17,897 bases of DNA from Myxococcota bacterium. GTDB lineage: Bacteria; Myxococcota_A; Polyangia; Polyangiales; Sandaracinaceae. Within the stretch, counting starts at the first letter, position 1; every line of letters begins with the position of its first letter. A program made the translations under genes and the position numbers. The stretch lies in assembly GCA_036149055.1 (NCBI GenBank), contig JAYZQJ010000071.1, positions 1-17,897 on the forward strand, written 5' to 3'. Positions 16,866 through 17,897 of this stretch are shown here, piece by piece. Below the pieces are notes generated by a model that worked only from the letters and a program-made list of their open reading frames with translations, was not told the DNA's origin and ran no database searches.

Positions 16866-17690
16866 GTGCGGAGCCTGCTGCTGTCCACGCTCCTGGTCGC
16901 CTGCGGCGCGCCGCCCGCGAGCCAGACGCCGCGAGCCGACGACGCGGTGATCGACGCCGAGACCGGCGAGGCGATCACGTTCGACGCGATGGTCGGACGG
17001 CTCGCGAGCGCGCGCGTGGTCTACGTCGGTGAGCGACACGACCGCGCCGAGGACCACGCGCTCCAGCTCCGGGTGGCCCGGGCCCTCGACGGCGAGCTCG
17101 CGCTGGGCTTCGAGATGTTCCAGCGCCCCTTCCAGCCCGCGCTCGACGCCTATTCGGCCGGCGAGATCGAGGAACCGGAGCTGCTCCAGCGCACCGAGTG
17201 GGAGACGCGCTGGGGCTTCGACTTCGGGCTCTACCGCACGCTCGTCCAGCTCGGCCGTGAGCGCGGCGCACCGCTGCTCGCGCTCAACGCGCCGCGCGAG
17301 CTCACCCGCAAGGTCGCGCGCGAGGGCCTCGACGCGCTCACCGACGAGGAGCGGGCCGCGCTCCCGGAGCTCGACCTCGAGGAGCCCGTCCACCGCGCGA
17401 TGTTCGACGCCGCGATGGCCGGCCACCCTGGGATGGACGCTTCGATGCGCGACCGCTTCCACGCCGCGCAGGTGATCTGGGACGAGACGATGGCGGAGAC
17501 GGCGGCGCGCTGGGTGGAGGGGAACGACGGCACCCTCGTCGTCTTCGCCGGCGTGATGCACACGCGCCGCCCGGCCATCCCCGACCGCGCCGCCCGGCGA
17601 GGTGCGACGCCCTACGCGATCGTGCTCCCGGTCGAGGCGGACGAGCTCGAGGAGAGCCGCCCCCACGCCGACTTCCTCGTGGTGCGGTAG
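16866..17690 (+). CDS. ChaN/PhuW family lipoprotein (Tiki/EraA/ChaN superfamily)
   Basis: GTG 16866 (TTG 16848 alternative); lipobox LVAC; VYVGERHD..HALQ, GFEMFQ, WGFDFGLY, AQVIWDETMA, AGVMH. Confidence 0.87.
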   Translation: MRSLLLSTLLVACGAPPASQTPRADDAVIDAETGEAITFDAMVGRLASARVVYVGERHDRAEDHALQLRVARALDGELALGFEMFQRPFQPALDAYSAGEIEEPELLQRTEWETRWGFDFGLYRTLVQLGRERGAPLLALNAPRELTRKVAREGLDALTDEERAALPELDLEEPVHRAMFDAAMAGHPGMDASMRDRFHAAQVIWDETMAETAARWVEGNDGTLVVFAGVMHTRRPAIPDRAARRGATPYAIVLPVEADELEESRPHADFLVVR

Positions 17691-17710
17691 CCCCTCGCTC
17701 ACCGAGCCGC

Positions 17711-17731
17711 CGTCGTCCTTCGGGGACGATG
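17711..17731 (+). terminator. Stem-loop after the ChaN gene, possible terminator
   Basis: CGTCGTCC/GGACGATG 8-bp stem (one G-U) with TTCGG loop, 20 nt after the stop; no real U-tract. Confidence 0.3.
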
Positions 17732-17780
17732 CCGTTCGTCTCCTCGAGCTCCGGGGCCACGCAGCCACGCGACGACACGA

Positions 17781-17888
17781 CAGCGGCAGCGAGAACGGCA
17801 GCGGCAGCGAGAACGGCAGCGGCAGCGAGAACGGCAGCGGCAGCGAGAACGGCAGCGGCAGCGAGAACGGCAGCGGCAGCGAGAACGG
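17781..17888. repeat. Perfect 18-bp tandem repeat CAGCGGCAGCGAGAACGG x6, running into GGGAGC-type units at the window edge
   Basis: Six identical copies counted directly, no spacers. Confidence 0.96.
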
Positions 17889-17897
17889 GAGCGGGAG

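Noticed and set aside
17781..17888. Possible CRISPR array
   Set aside because: Repeats are contiguous, have no spacers, and no cas genes are present.

Overview
Very GC-rich bacterial DNA; gene content and repeat style suggest Myxococcota (inference). In order: a structured palindromic intergenic element; a PLP fold-III amino-acid deaminase/aldolase; a CarH-like B12-binding regulator with a BldC/excisionase-type HTH, divergent from a crtC-crtD(crtI-family) pair; a YdcF/DUF218 protein; a lone TonB preceded by a Fur-box-like site; aceE-aceF without lpdA, where AceF has a long microsatellite-encoded acidic linker; two coupled histidine kinases (PAS-PAS-HK, REC-GAF-HK); an aconitase whose first Fe-S cysteine is replaced by Ser; an SGNH hydrolase; a ChaN-family lipoprotein; and an 18-bp tandem repeat at the right edge. 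The most notable points are the compact putative light switch on carotenoid tailoring genes, the AceF linker, the aconitase ligand change, and a recurring TAnnnT-N6-start signature suggesting leaderless mRNAs. No mobile element, CRISPR array, rRNA or tRNA was seen.
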